A stretch of DNA of 64,000 bases from an uncultured bacterium (GCA_963822585.1 CAWGIE010000036.1:256001-320000), one strand, 5' to 3'. Counted from the stretch's first letter, positions 32,865 to 43,639 are shown. The notes: generated by a model not told the origin, from the letters alone. Numbers and translations are program-made.

Positions 32865-33572
32865 TTTTCTATTTTTCTTTCCCGCAGGAAAAATAAGAAT
32901 TCTTAAAATCAACATTAGAAATCGCACCGTATCCCTGCCCGGACGGATCTTGCTCGTCTGCCCGGTATAGATGGCTTTCACCGGGGTCGAGCGGATCGTG
33001 AAGCCACGGCGGGAGGCCTGGACCAGCATCTCCGATTCGGTGTCATAATTACCGGTTGTCAGTGAAAGCTTCTCCAGAACCCTCCTGCTCAGCAGCCGGT
33101 AGCCGCACTGGCTGTCGGGAATATCCTGCCCGCTCAGCCGGGAGAGTACCCACGACATCACCCGGTTGGTATAATAACGGACTAACGGCATCGAGGAGGT
33201 CGCTCCCATCCGGTTGCCGACAACGATGTCAGCTCCGGTCCCGCGGGCCATCTCGATGAAAGCCGGAATCTCTTCCGGATCGTGCTGGCCGTCGCCGTCA
33301 AGCACGATCACCCCCTCGGCTCCGCTGGAAAGCAAAGCCTCAAAGCCCCTTCGCAAAGCGACCCCTTTTCCCCGGTTGATCGGATGACGGATAACCTCGG
33401 CCCCCGCGGCGGCGGCCGTCGACGCCGTGGCGTCAAGCGATCCGTCGTCAACCACCAGGACCCGGGAGACGAATCGTTTCGCCCCTCTCACCACCGCCGC
33501 GATATGTTCGGCTTCATCATGCGCGGGGATCAAAACGGCGATACCCGATGATGATTTGTCTTCTTTATTCAA
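32856..33572 (-). CDS. Glycosyltransferase family 2 (DPM-synthase-like)
   Basis: IPAHDE, VVDDGS.D, NRGKG, LDGDGQH, DSQCGYR; TTG start. Confidence 0.9.
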   Translation of the reverse strand: MNKEDKSSSGIAVLIPAHDEAEHIAAVVRGAKRFVSRVLVVDDGSLDATASTAAAAGAEVIRHPINRGKGVALRRGFEALLSSGAEGVIVLDGDGQHDPEEIPAFIEMARGTGADIVVGNRMGATSSMPLVRYYTNRVMSWVLSRLSGQDIPDSQCGYRLLSRRVLEKLSLTTGNYDTESEMLVQASRRGFTIRSTPVKAIYTGQTSKIRPGRDTVRFLMLILRILIFPAGKKNRKME

Positions 33573-33797
33573 TGCCGAAAGATCTGCTGAAAACGTAATG
33601 TTATGATACCGTGATTGAAAACTTTTTTATTACAAAAACGATTAAAACCACGAAGAACACGAAGATCACGAAGGTTTGCTAAAAATGAGCTGAATCTCAT
33701 TTTTTTTCAAAATTATCCTTCGTGTACTTCGTGTTCTTCGTGGTAAATATTTTCTTTATTCCAGACAAGATTTCCAAAATACATTTGGGGGGTAGGA

Positions 33798-34682
33798 TCA
33801 GTCACTCCCCCAGATCGGGTAGTACATATACCACTGATCCAGGTTTTCGACAATACACTCCTCCATCTCCCGGACCAGGTTCCTGATAATTTCCGCTTCC
33901 TGCTCCCGCCGGGAAGCGGTTCGGTCAAACGGCAGGGGGGGACTGAAGACCGCTTGATAGTGGTGCGTCGATCGCCGGACAAAATATCCGAAGAAAAGAG
34001 CGGCCCCGGAACGGACCGCCAGAACGGCCGGACCGCGGGGGATCTGAACCGGTTCTCCGAAAAAAAGAACCTCGATGCCGCGTTCGGTCACATCCCTGTC
34101 TCCCAGGATCAGAATCAGCTCATTCTTCTTCAAAGCGCGCAGACTCTTCAACGCCGCGTGGCCGACCGGGATGACGGTCATTCCGGAAAGAGCCCGCTGG
34201 TTGACGAAAAGACGGTTCAGGCGCGTATTCTGATGAGAAAGGGCGATAGCGTTCACGTGATAGCCCGAACCGGCCAGGACCATCCCCCCCAGCTCCCAGT
34301 TCCCGATGTGTGCGGTCACGCCCAGTGCTCCCTTCCCGCCGGCCAGAGCCAGATCTATATTCTCTTCCCCGGTAAACTCAACCAGGTTTTTGATATCATC
34401 CGGCCGGAGCCGGGAGAAACGGAAAAAATCAACCAGGTAATATGAAAAGTTACGAAAATTCTTCCGGGTCAAAACCCGCATCTTTCTTCTGGTTTCGACT
34501 CCCCCGACATCCTCGCCCAGGTATCGCAACACATGAAGCAGATTTTTCTGAAAATTGCGTTTGCTTCGGCGCGAAAAAAGATACGTGGCCTCGGCCAGAA
34601 CCGCACCGATCGCATAGGCCATCCGGGGAGGGATGACCCGGACACAAAACCGCAACAGTTCAAAAAGATAATACTTGATCAT
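33798..34682 (-). CDS. Lipid A / PIM-type lysophospholipid acyltransferase (LpxL/PatA family)
   Basis: TAHIGNWE, LGDRD, FFG, GPAVLA, QWYMYYPIW. Confidence 0.88.
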   Translation of the reverse strand: MIKYYLFELLRFCVRVIPPRMAYAIGAVLAEATYLFSRRSKRNFQKNLLHVLRYLGEDVGGVETRRKMRVLTRKNFRNFSYYLVDFFRFSRLRPDDIKNLVEFTGEENIDLALAGGKGALGVTAHIGNWELGGMVLAGSGYHVNAIALSHQNTRLNRLFVNQRALSGMTVIPVGHAALKSLRALKKNELILILGDRDVTERGIEVLFFGEPVQIPRGPAVLAVRSGAALFFGYFVRRSTHHYQAVFSPPLPFDRTASRREQEAEIIRNLVREMEECIVENLDQWYMYYPIWGSD

Positions 34683-34879
34683 AGCAAATTAGTGCTTCGC
34701 GCTAATTTGTAGTGGAAAGTGTAAAGTTGGAGGTGTAAAGGGACCTTCAACTTTCAATTTCTCACGTTACACCACATTATTGAAATTCCGAGGCAGCAAG
34801 TTGCCTCCTCGGGCGCAAATTATCGTGTAAAATGTCAAGAGGAAGGCGTAAGGGATCATTACACTTTACACCTTACACT

Positions 34880-36019
34880 TTACACAATGTTTTGAAATTC
34901 CGAAACCGTTGCCAGGATATACCGCGCCGCCTGCAAGGCGGCGGCGGGCTTTCGTATCTCCTCCATCGCTGTCTTCATCTCCTGCCTCAGACCGTCGTTC
35001 CGGAGTAATTCAGCCGCCGATCGCGAAGCCTGGAATTCATCGGCTGCCTGAAGTGCTGCGCCGTGTTCCCGGAGAAACCGAGCGTTAAATTCTTCCTGTC
35101 CGGGCAGAGGGGCAATCAATACCATCGGTACTTTTTTCACCAGTGCCTCCGCCGTGGTCAGCCCTCCCGGCTTGGTAATGATAATATCCACCGTGGCCAT
35201 CAGCTCGTCAACATAATCGGTGAAACTGAATACCGCCAGAGAATGGCGAATCCGGCGGCGAAGTTCCTTCAGATCGGCATGTTGCTTCAGATTCCGCCCG
35301 GTGAGGGCCGCGATCTGGAATTCTTCCTCTCGCCGGTCAAGTGTCAGTATCAGGCGCTTCAGAGAAATAGTTCCTTCCCCTCCCCCCATCAGGAGAATCG
35401 CGGGGAGTTTGGGATCAAGTCCGTATTTCAGTTTGAGCTTCCCCGCGTCTAGGGCGCGGTCGAAGATAGGATGCACGGGGATCCCACTCACGCGATTCAA
35501 GCCGGAAGGAACGCCGCGAGAGATCATCAGAGTTTTGCTCTCCAGTGAGGGCAAAAGGTAGAGATTCACCTGATCATAAATCCAGTAGGCGTGGACCCGA
35601 TAATCCGTGGGGACGGCAACCAGGGAAAATGGTACCCGGGACAGGGCTTTGCAAGTGGCGGCCAGCGCGCAGGGAAAAGCTTGCGTGCAGACTACCGCTG
35701 AGGGGGAGAGTTCCTGGATGAGAAGACAGACCCGGTTTCGGGCCAGCCGATGAAGCAGATCGAGGGGGCGGCTTATCTTCTCTTTAATTCTCTGATGATC
35801 GTAGAGATAGGCCCAGAAACGGGGGACAAAATGGATCAGGGCCCGGTACCCTCCGACGATGAATCTGCCCAGCCACGGTTTCCAGAGTTCCATCAGATCG
35901 AGACAAACAATCCGGCAAAAAGGGTTTTCCGCATTGAGCGCGTCCCTGATGGCGAACGCCGCCTGGCGATGCCCTTGTCCCACGGTGACATAGAGGATTA
36001 AAATCGTATTGGAACCCAT
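34880..36019 (-). CDS. MGDG synthase / UgtP-like diacylglycerol glycosyltransferase (GT28)
   Basis: GQGH..AA, TDY..H..W, GIPV, MGGGEG, ITKPGGLT..EAL, PGQEEFNA. Start is ATG 36019 or TTG 36049. Confidence 0.88.
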   Translation of the reverse strand: MGSNTILILYVTVGQGHRQAAFAIRDALNAENPFCRIVCLDLMELWKPWLGRFIVGGYRALIHFVPRFWAYLYDHQRIKEKISRPLDLLHRLARNRVCLLIQELSPSAVVCTQAFPCALAATCKALSRVPFSLVAVPTDYRVHAYWIYDQVNLYLLPSLESKTLMISRGVPSGLNRVSGIPVHPIFDRALDAGKLKLKYGLDPKLPAILLMGGGEGTISLKRLILTLDRREEEFQIAALTGRNLKQHADLKELRRRIRHSLAVFSFTDYVDELMATVDIIITKPGGLTTAEALVKKVPMVLIAPLPGQEEFNARFLREHGAALQAADEFQASRSAAELLRNDGLRQEMKTAMEEIRKPAAALQAARYILATVSEFQNIV

Positions 36020-36231
36020 TTCCGGGGGTAAAATGTATCGGTTTCGCAATTTTCAATCTGAGGCTGATCCGCTTCCGGCGCACAATAAACCGCGGATTAA
36101 ACGGATTAAGCGGATTGTTTTTCCCTTTAATCAGCATAATCCGTCAAAGATCCTGAGCGCAGCCGAAGGGCACAATCCGCGGTTAAATAAGTTGCCCGAG
36201 GACCGATAAATCGGGGTAGACTGTGCGAGGG

Positions 36232-37434
36232 CTACGTTCTGTGATAGCCTTCCAGGAAACGGGCAATACTCCGGTAAGCCTTCTCCAGCACGTCTTCCGG
36301 GGCCAGATACACCACCCGGAAATGTCTGGTGCCCGGCTTCTGCCCGAATCCGCTGCCGGGAACAACGACCACCCCGGTCGTCTTGATCAGTTTCCGCACG
36401 AACTCATCATCCGAAGTCTCGATGTGGAGTCGAGGGAAAGCGTAAAAAGCGCCGGCGGGCTTGACGCAGCTGATCTGGGGGATCGCGTTCAGCATCTCGA
36501 CGGTGAGATCGCGCCGGCGGGTCAATTTTTCCCGGGTCTCGACCAGGTGGGTCTGTTCGCCTTCCAGGGCGGCCTTGATCGCCCACTGAACGGGGTGGTT
36601 GGCGCAGAGCCGGGCCCGCAGCAGTTTATTGATCGCTTCCAGGTAATCATGGAGCGTCTCTTCCCGGCCGCTGACGATTCCCCAGCCGATCCGGAAGCCC
36701 GGGGCAAGAAAATTTTTTGAGAGACCGTTCAAGGTGATAACCGGCACATCCACATCCAGCGAAGCGGTGGGTATGTGTTTATTTCCGTCCAGAGTCAGAT
36801 TGTCGTAAATTTCATCGGAAAAAATCACCAGGTTATGCTCCCGTGCCAGGTCGACGATACTTTTTAGAATATCTTCCCGGTATATGGAGCCGGTGGGATT
36901 ATTGGGGTTGATGATAACAATGGCCCGGGTTCCGCTGTCTATCTTGGCGGCGATATCCTCTATATCGGGCTGCCAGCCATTTTCTTCATTCAGGTAATAC
37001 GGCCGCGGCTCGGCGCTCAACTTATACGCGATCGCGCTGTAAAGGGGATACCCTGGTGATGGAACCAGGACATTCTCTCCCGGATCGAGCAAAGCGGTCA
37101 GGCAGATGTCGATCGCTTCCGAGGCCCCGGTAGTGATAAAGACGTCCCGGATCCCGCGGATACCCTTGCGCCGGGCCGAGCCGGCCACTGCCGTGCGCGC
37201 CTCTTCAATGCCCGATGAGGGAGCGTATCCGTTGTGATTCTCCCGCATCGCCCGGTAAACGGCTTCAATAATCTCGGGCGAGGTGCTGAAGTCGAACTGG
37301 TTGGGGTCGCCGATGTTCAAATAGAGCATCTCCTTCCCCTGCCGGGCGACTTCATCCGCCAGAACCACGACATCGCGAACCGCGTAAGTGATGTTTTCAG
37401 TGCGATGAGCCGGGATGATCTTTCGCTTCTTCAT
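36232..37434 (-). CDS. PLP-dependent class I/II aminotransferase (AlaA-like)
   Basis: LNIGDP, INPNNPTG, SDEIYD, GLSKNFLAPGFRIGW. Start set at MKKRKII. Confidence 0.92.
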   Translation of the reverse strand: MKKRKIIPAHRTENITYAVRDVVVLADEVARQGKEMLYLNIGDPNQFDFSTSPEIIEAVYRAMRENHNGYAPSSGIEEARTAVAGSARRKGIRGIRDVFITTGASEAIDICLTALLDPGENVLVPSPGYPLYSAIAYKLSAEPRPYYLNEENGWQPDIEDIAAKIDSGTRAIVIINPNNPTGSIYREDILKSIVDLAREHNLVIFSDEIYDNLTLDGNKHIPTASLDVDVPVITLNGLSKNFLAPGFRIGWGIVSGREETLHDYLEAINKLLRARLCANHPVQWAIKAALEGEQTHLVETREKLTRRRDLTVEMLNAIPQISCVKPAGAFYAFPRLHIETSDDEFVRKLIKTTGVVVVPGSGFGQKPGTRHFRVVYLAPEDVLEKAYRSIARFLEGYHRT

Positions 37435-37927
37435 TAACTTGTTTACCCCGAAATATTTTCTTTCATCAATGAGCGCCTTCGGCACAAATTTAAAATATAC
37501 GGAGAAATCGGGGTGATAGCAAGAGTATTTGCCGAGGAGCCTGTCCACTGTTTAATCATAAAAATAATGGGAGGGCGGCGGCGGGAACCAATCCGGGTAA
37601 CCTGCCAGAGGAGGCGGGGGGAACAATCAGAGTCCCCGCAAAGTGCCTTCGGCACCGCGGGGTAAAAATCTGTGTAAACTTGTGGTGTCTTTAGACCCTG
37701 AGCAAAGTCGAAGGGAGCGGAGTTGAATCCATCTGTGGACTGAATAAGGGGGCGAGGCGGGGGAAGCAAGACTGAACAGACTGAACGTTCAACTCTCAAC
37801 TCCCAACGCTCAACGTTCAACGCCGAACGAGAACGGTAATTCGCGTAATTCGTGTAATTCGTGTAATTCGTAGTTTTATTATTGGGGCCGAGGCGGGGGA
37901 GGAAATCAATTCGCACAATCCGCGGTT

Positions 37928-39631
37928 CTACATCGCCTCCGGGGCCGAGACGCCCAGGATGGCGAGTCCTTCCGCCAGGACCGACTGCACCCCCCGGGCC
38001 AGGGCCAGACGGGAGTTGGTGGTTGCGGCGTCGTCGGTGATCACCCGGGAGATGTTATAATAGCTGTGGAAAAGAGAAGCCAGTTCTTCCAGATACATGG
38101 GGATGATGTGGCACTGATTCGTCAGGGCCGCGGCCTGGACCGTGTCGGGGAAAAAAATCAATTTCTTGATAATCTCTCGCTCTTCCGGAGTCCCCAGCGG
38201 GCTGAGATCGACCTCCGCGAAAGAGGGAAGCCGGCGGCCGGTCTTTTCCTGAAATCGCTTGAAGATGCTGTTGATGCGGGCGTGGGCGTACTGGACGTAA
38301 TACACCGGGTTATCGTTCGACTTTTTCTGAGCCAGCTCGAGATCGAAATCGAGGTGGCTTTCCTTGCGCCGCCGGACGAAAAAATACCGGGCGGCGTCTT
38401 TGCCCACCTTGTCCATCACCTGTCTCAGAGAGATGAACTCGCCCAGCCTGGTTGACATCGAGAGCTTCTTCTTGCCTTCGTAGAGCGTGCTCAGCTGGAC
38501 GATAATCACCTCCAGAAGCCCGGAGTTCAAGCCCAGCGCATCCATCGCTCCTTTCAGGCGGGCGATGTATCCATGGTGATCGGGCCCCCAGAAATCAATC
38601 ATCAGGTCAAAACCCCGGCTGTATTTGCCGCGGTGATAGGCGATGTCCGAACTGAGGTAGGTCAGATCCCCGCCGCGTTTCCTCAGGACATGGTCTTTTT
38701 CGTCACCCCAGGCCGAGGACCTGAACCAGAGCGCCCCGTCTTGCTCGTATGTGCTCCCTCGAAGGGCCAGATCCTTCAGCGCCTCTTCCACCTGCCCGGA
38801 AGCAACCAGTTCCTTCTCGCTCACCCAGGAATCGATCCTCACTCCGAAGTCATCCAATTCACCCTTGATCATTTCCAGCAGCACGCCGCTGGCATAGGTT
38901 CCGCAGTAAGCGACCGCGCCGGAAAGCGCTTCTCCGGTTTCCCGGTGATCGTCGCCCGTCGGGATCTCCTCCGGAAGCCTCCGGGCCAGGCCGATGATAT
39001 AATCCCCCTGGTAATACTCGGGGGGGAATTCAATCCTCTCTCCCCTCAGCTCCCGCCACCGCAGATAAACCGAACTCCCCAGGATATCCATCTGCCGCCC
39101 CCGATCGTTCAGGTAATACTCCCGGCAGACCCGGAAACCGGCCTTGGTCAGCAGGTTGGCCAGGACATCGCCCACCGCCGCCTGCCGCCCATGGGCCACC
39201 GTGAGGGGTCCGGTCGGGTTGGCGCTGATGAATTCAAGCAATACCTTCTTGCCGGCGCCGGCTTCACTCTCGCCCCAATGACCGGGATTAGCCAAAAGCT
39301 GTCCCAGCGCGCGCAGGAACGCGCTGGGGGAGATCGTGAAGTTGAGGAACCCCCGGCGGGGATCGGCTTCGACCCCGGCGACAGCCGTTTTATCCTTGAG
39401 AAGCGGTCCCATGAGAGAAGCGAGTATCGCGGCCGTCTCGGCGGGCGGGCGGCGGACCTGGGAAGCGACCTGCATGGCTATATTCGAGGCCATGTCTCCG
39501 TGATCTTTCTCCCGGGGCGTTTGCAGTTCGATGGGAGGGAGGGCGACGGGCGGGAGAAGCCCCCGGTCCGCGGCGAGGCGAAAAGCCTCGGTAATCAACC
39601 CCGAAATTGAGCTGTTAATCTCCGGCAGCAT
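37928..39631 (-). CDS. argS: Arginyl-tRNA synthetase
   Basis: EFISANPTGPLTVAHGR, WGPDHHGY, MSTR.G, YYVQYAHAR. Confidence 0.97.
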   Translation of the reverse strand: MLPEINSSISGLITEAFRLAADRGLLPPVALPPIELQTPREKDHGDMASNIAMQVASQVRRPPAETAAILASLMGPLLKDKTAVAGVEADPRRGFLNFTISPSAFLRALGQLLANPGHWGESEAGAGKKVLLEFISANPTGPLTVAHGRQAAVGDVLANLLTKAGFRVCREYYLNDRGRQMDILGSSVYLRWRELRGERIEFPPEYYQGDYIIGLARRLPEEIPTGDDHRETGEALSGAVAYCGTYASGVLLEMIKGELDDFGVRIDSWVSEKELVASGQVEEALKDLALRGSTYEQDGALWFRSSAWGDEKDHVLRKRGGDLTYLSSDIAYHRGKYSRGFDLMIDFWGPDHHGYIARLKGAMDALGLNSGLLEVIIVQLSTLYEGKKKLSMSTRLGEFISLRQVMDKVGKDAARYFFVRRRKESHLDFDLELAQKKSNDNPVYYVQYAHARINSIFKRFQEKTGRRLPSFAEVDLSPLGTPEEREIIKKLIFFPDTVQAAALTNQCHIIPMYLEELASLFHSYYNISRVITDDAATTNSRLALARGVQSVLAEGLAILGVSAPEAM

Positions 39632-39810
39632 GGCTATACCCTACTCGAAAAGAATTTCGAGCACCCCGGTAGAACCGGGGTAAATCCTAATATCGAAATC
39701 TTAAATAAATCCAAAATCAAAATGATCAAATGTTTCAAATATCGCCGATTTTAGCCCATTGTTTTGGATTTTTTAGTTTGGGTCATTTGATATTATTTAG
39801 GATTTAGTAT

Positions 39811-40164
39811 TTAGATATTAGAATTTGAGTACTCTAACCGGGGCGCATCCCCCCAGAGCGTCTCCAGGGAGTAGTATTCGCGGGCATTCTTTAGAAAAAC
39901 ATGGACCAGAACAATACCGTAATCCATCACCAACCAGCGGGCCGGGGGCAGTCCTTCCGTTCGTAATAACCGCAATCCGGCCTCTTTCAAGCGCGCCCGG
40001 ATCTCTTGCCCGATGGCGGCAGCCTGCCGTGTGTTCTCCGCGCTGCATAAGAAGAAGAAATCGGCTAATGACGAGATCCCCCGCATGTCGAGGGCGATGA
40101 TATCTTCCGCCTTCTTCTCGCGGGCAACCCCGGCGATAATCTTCAGGATATCTTCCGTCTTCAT
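39811..40164 (-). CDS. rsfS: Ribosome silencing factor
   Basis: EKKAEDI, W.VMDYG...VHVF..AREYYSLETLW. Confidence 0.93.
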   Translation of the reverse strand: MKTEDILKIIAGVAREKKAEDIIALDMRGISSLADFFFLCSAENTRQAAAIGQEIRARLKEAGLRLLRTEGLPPARWLVMDYGIVLVHVFLKNAREYYSLETLWGDAPRLEYSNSNI

Positions 40165-40188
40165 GAAAATTTCAATTCCGCCATCATT

Positions 40189-40818
40189 TTACCGGTAAAG
40201 ATTTTTTTCCTCGATATAACTCGCGACAACAGGCGGTACCAGCCCGGAGAGGTCCCGGCCGAGCCGGATGGCCTGACGGACTTCGCTGGAAGAGATGGGA
40301 ACGGAGAGCGGGATGACGCATCCCCCGCCCTTCCGGATTACTTGCTCCGCCCAGTATTTATTATCGCCGGTCACGGCCCCCAACCCGCAGCCGGGCCGGC
40401 CGATGATAATGAAGCGGCAGAGAGCAATCAACGATTCAATTTCTTTCCAGCCGGCAATCTGAAGGAGATTATCCATCCCCATGATCAGGTGGAACACCGC
40501 GGACGGCCCGTATTCGTCCCGCAGCTGCCGGACGCTCTCTATGGTATAGGAAACGCCACCCCGGTCCAGCTCTATTTCGGAGAGCAGGAATCCCGGCTGA
40601 TCGGCAAGTGCCCGGCGCAGCATGGCTACCCGATCCCGAGGGGCGGCATGGGGAGCCTCCGGTTTGTAGGGCGAAATCGAAGCCGGGATGAAGATAACCC
40701 GGTCCAACCCGCACTTCTGCATCGCCGCCCGGGCCATTTCCAGGTGGCCGTTATGGACGGGATCGAAGGCCCCGCCGAGGAGGCCGATTTTAAGTAATCG
40801 TTTTTTTACATCCGTCAT
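40189..40818 (-). CDS. nadD: Nicotinate-nucleotide adenylyltransferase
   Basis: GGAFDPVHNGH, SYTI, ISSSEVR. Confidence 0.93.
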   Translation of the reverse strand: MTDVKKRLLKIGLLGGAFDPVHNGHLEMARAAMQKCGLDRVIFIPASISPYKPEAPHAAPRDRVAMLRRALADQPGFLLSEIELDRGGVSYTIESVRQLRDEYGPSAVFHLIMGMDNLLQIAGWKEIESLIALCRFIIIGRPGCGLGAVTGDNKYWAEQVIRKGGGCVIPLSVPISSSEVRQAIRLGRDLSGLVPPVVASYIEEKNLYR

Positions 40819-40962
40819 TATTCAAAACTTAACCGATTTATAAATAAATCAGATCATGGCCTGAAATGTTGGACCTAGACTAATTCCACATCTGTTATCC
40901 ATCTAATTTCACTAAAAAAATAAAAATTAACTTTTATAAATTTGCGAACGAAGTGAGTAAAT

Positions 40963-42096
40963 TTATAAAATCAGCATATTGTCCCGGTGGACTACTTCAT
41001 CATAGTACTTATACCCCAGAATGTTTTTGATACGAGCAGTTTGCGCGCCGCCGATTTTCTCCAGTTCCCCGGAGCTATAGTTCACCAGGCCCCGGCAAAA
41101 TTCCCCGCCGTCCTCGCCGCTGATGCTCACCATGTCACCGGTCTGGAATTTCCCTTCCACCCTGATGATGCCGGAAGCGAGCAGGCTTTTGCCCTTTTTT
41201 ACCAGGGCATCCCGGGCGCCGGCATCGACCACGATCCGCCCTTTTTTCAGACAGGAGAAGGCGATCCAGCACTTCCGGGAACGCAACCGGGAGAAAGTCG
41301 TCGGGAAAAAGGTCCCGACCTTCGCTCCTTCGACAATCTTGTTCACAATTTCAGGATGAGCGCCGTTCGCAATGACAGCCTGTCCTCCGGCTCGGGTTAC
41401 GATCCCCACCGCCGCCAGCTTGCTCCCCATCCCCCCCCGCGAATACTCCCGGCGGCCGTCTTTCACCATCGCTAGAATCTCGGGCGTTATCTCCTCGACC
41501 CGTTCGATCACCTCCCGTTTTTGGGACCCGCGGGACGGGCGGAGCAGTCCGTCGACGTCAGTCAGAAGAATGAGCAGGTCGGCCCGGACCAGATTCGCGA
41601 CCTGAGCGGCCAGATGGTCATTATCGCCGAACTTGATCTCCTCCACGGCGACGGAATCATTTTCATTGATGATCGGGATAATCCTTTTCTCCAGAAGAGC
41701 CAGCAGTGTGTGCCGTGCGTTCAGATGGCGATCCCGGTGATGCAGGCCGTCTCGCGTAAGCAGGATCTGGCCCACGCAAAAACCCTCCCGGCGAAAGTGC
41801 TGGTAGTAAATGTGCATTAAAACGGTCTGTCCCACGGAAGCCGCCGCCTGAAGGTCGGGAAGGTCACGGGGGCGTCTTTTCATCCCTAACTCCTGCCTGC
41901 CGGCGGCAATCGCTCCCGAAGTCACCAGGAGGACTTCCCTCCCTTCCCGCATCAATTCGGCCAGCTGAGCCGTCAGCCGCCCGATCAGGCCTTGATCTAT
42001 CAGCCCCTTCCCTCCGGCCAGAAGCTGGCTGCCCACCTTGACCACTATGCGCTTGGCCGCCCGCAACTCCTGTCTATTTTTCAGGTTTTCAATCAT
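40963..42096 (-). CDS. proB: Glutamate 5-kinase
   Basis: VVKVGS, TSGAIAAG, INENDSV, FGDND, GGMGSK, PUA domain. Confidence 0.96.
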   Translation of the reverse strand: MIENLKNRQELRAAKRIVVKVGSQLLAGGKGLIDQGLIGRLTAQLAELMREGREVLLVTSGAIAAGRQELGMKRRPRDLPDLQAAASVGQTVLMHIYYQHFRREGFCVGQILLTRDGLHHRDRHLNARHTLLALLEKRIIPIINENDSVAVEEIKFGDNDHLAAQVANLVRADLLILLTDVDGLLRPSRGSQKREVIERVEEITPEILAMVKDGRREYSRGGMGSKLAAVGIVTRAGGQAVIANGAHPEIVNKIVEGAKVGTFFPTTFSRLRSRKCWIAFSCLKKGRIVVDAGARDALVKKGKSLLASGIIRVEGKFQTGDMVSISGEDGGEFCRGLVNYSSGELEKIGGAQTARIKNILGYKYYDEVVHRDNMLIL

Positions 42097-42252
42097 ATTG
42101 TCGGGGGAAATAGTCTCGATTATTCAATTGTTCCAGGCTAAATTAACAATAAATCACCAATTTCAAGCACTAAAGAACAAATAAATTCCAAATAACAATG
42201 ACTGAAAATCATTTTTCCCATCATTCCAATACTCCATCATTCCATCACTCCA

Positions 42253-43320
42253 TCACTCCGCCTCTGTCTTTTCTCCGATATCATTAGATGTATTATCTTG
42301 AGATAATTTATCTTCACGCACAAAATGGAACAGCGCCTTCTTCAGTTCCGTTAATCCTTCTTTTTTCAGCGCCGATATCGGCAGCACCCGGGAGGGAGAA
42401 AGCCGGGTGGAGCGAAGAAAGCTCCGGTATGCTTTCTCCGCCCCCGGCAGGTCCATTTTATTCGCCGCGATCAAAAACGGCCGGGCGGCCAGCTCATCCT
42501 TATACAGTTCCAGTTCCCGGCGCAGGCGGGCGTAGTCTTCCTCCGGCCGGCGGCCATCCGCTCCCGCCATATCCAGGACGAACAGCAGAAGCCGGCTCCG
42601 TTCGACGTGTCGGAGAAAGGCATGCCCCAGACCGACATTCCGGTGAGCTCCCTCGATCAGCCCCGGAATATCGGCGGCCGTGATCGACTCCGATACGCCG
42701 TCGGGGTCCCTGACGATGCCCAGACTCGGGCTCAGGGTGGTAAATGGATAGGCGGCAATCCGGGGATGGGCATTGGAAATGCCGGAGATCAGGGTGGATT
42801 TTCCCGCGTTGGGATATCCGACCAAGCCCACCGCGGCCAGGAGCTTCAATTCGAGAGTAAATACACCCTCTTCACCGGGCTTCCCCTTTTCCGCTATGCG
42901 GGGAGCGCGGCGGGTGGAGGTGGCGAAACTGGAATTGCCTCTCCCCCCTTTCCCCCCTCGGGCCAGCAAAAGGCGTTCACCGTCCGACACCAGGTCCGCG
43001 ACGAAATCGCCGCTCTCGGCCCGGCAGACAAGCGTTCCGAGAGGAACCTGCCGGATAAGATCCCTCCCGTTCCTCCCCGTCATATTCTTCCCCCGGCCAT
43101 GACCCCCGTTTTCGGCCGCAAGCAGGGGACGGTAATAGAAAGGGATCAATGAACCCGCTTGACTGGAAGCTTCCAGATAAACACTTCCCCCCTCACCGCC
43201 GGCGCCTCCGTCCGGGCCCCCTCGGGAAATATACTTCTCCCTTCTGAAGCTGAGGCACCCGTCCCCTCCCTGCCCGGCTTTAACGGTAACCCTCGCTCTG
43301 TCAACAAAGGTTTTTTTCAA
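42253..43320 (-). CDS. obgE: GTPase ObgE
   Basis: FVDRA...GGDGC.SFRREKY, GYPNAGKST, DIPGLIEGA, NKMD. Confidence 0.96.
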   Translation of the reverse strand: MKKTFVDRARVTVKAGQGGDGCLSFRREKYISRGGPDGGAGGEGGSVYLEASSQAGSLIPFYYRPLLAAENGGHGRGKNMTGRNGRDLIRQVPLGTLVCRAESGDFVADLVSDGERLLLARGGKGGRGNSSFATSTRRAPRIAEKGKPGEEGVFTLELKLLAAVGLVGYPNAGKSTLISGISNAHPRIAAYPFTTLSPSLGIVRDPDGVSESITAADIPGLIEGAHRNVGLGHAFLRHVERSRLLLFVLDMAGADGRRPEEDYARLRRELELYKDELAARPFLIAANKMDLPGAEKAYRSFLRSTRLSPSRVLPISALKKEGLTELKKALFHFVREDKLSQDNTSNDIGEKTEAE

Positions 43321-43378
43321 ACTACGAAATACCGCGGAGGGTATGACTTCCGTTCCGGGGGGTTGCTACGGGACCTGC

Positions 43379-43639
43379 TCAGGCGACTGCTGCCGGGGTA
43401 ATCGAGACATGCTTCTTCTGGCCGTGACTCTCGAAGTTGACCACGCCGTCGATGAGGGCAAAGAGCGTGTCATCCCTGCCCCGCCCGACATTCCTGCCCG
43501 GGAGAACGCGGGTGCCCCGCTGGCGGATGATGATGGTCCCCCCCCGTACAAACTGGCCTGAGTTTCTTTTCACTCCCAGTCGCTTGGAATGGCTTTCTCT
43601 TCCGTTCCGAGTACTGCCCTGTCCTGTTTTATGAGACAC
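43379..43639 (-). CDS. rpmA: 50S ribosomal protein L27
   Basis: [15 protein letters not shown]...IIRQRGT...GRDDTLFAL. Confidence 0.96.
   Translation of the reverse strand: MSHKTGQGSTRNGRESHSKRLGVKRNSGQFVRGGTIIIRQRGTRVLPGRNVGRGRDDTLFALIDGVVNFESHGQKKHVSITPAAVA

Noticed and set aside
34685..34908. Classical integron attC cassette array
   Set aside because: The hairpins lack RYYYAAC...GTTRRRY ends, are shorter than attC sites, carry no ORF cassettes, and no intI gene is present.
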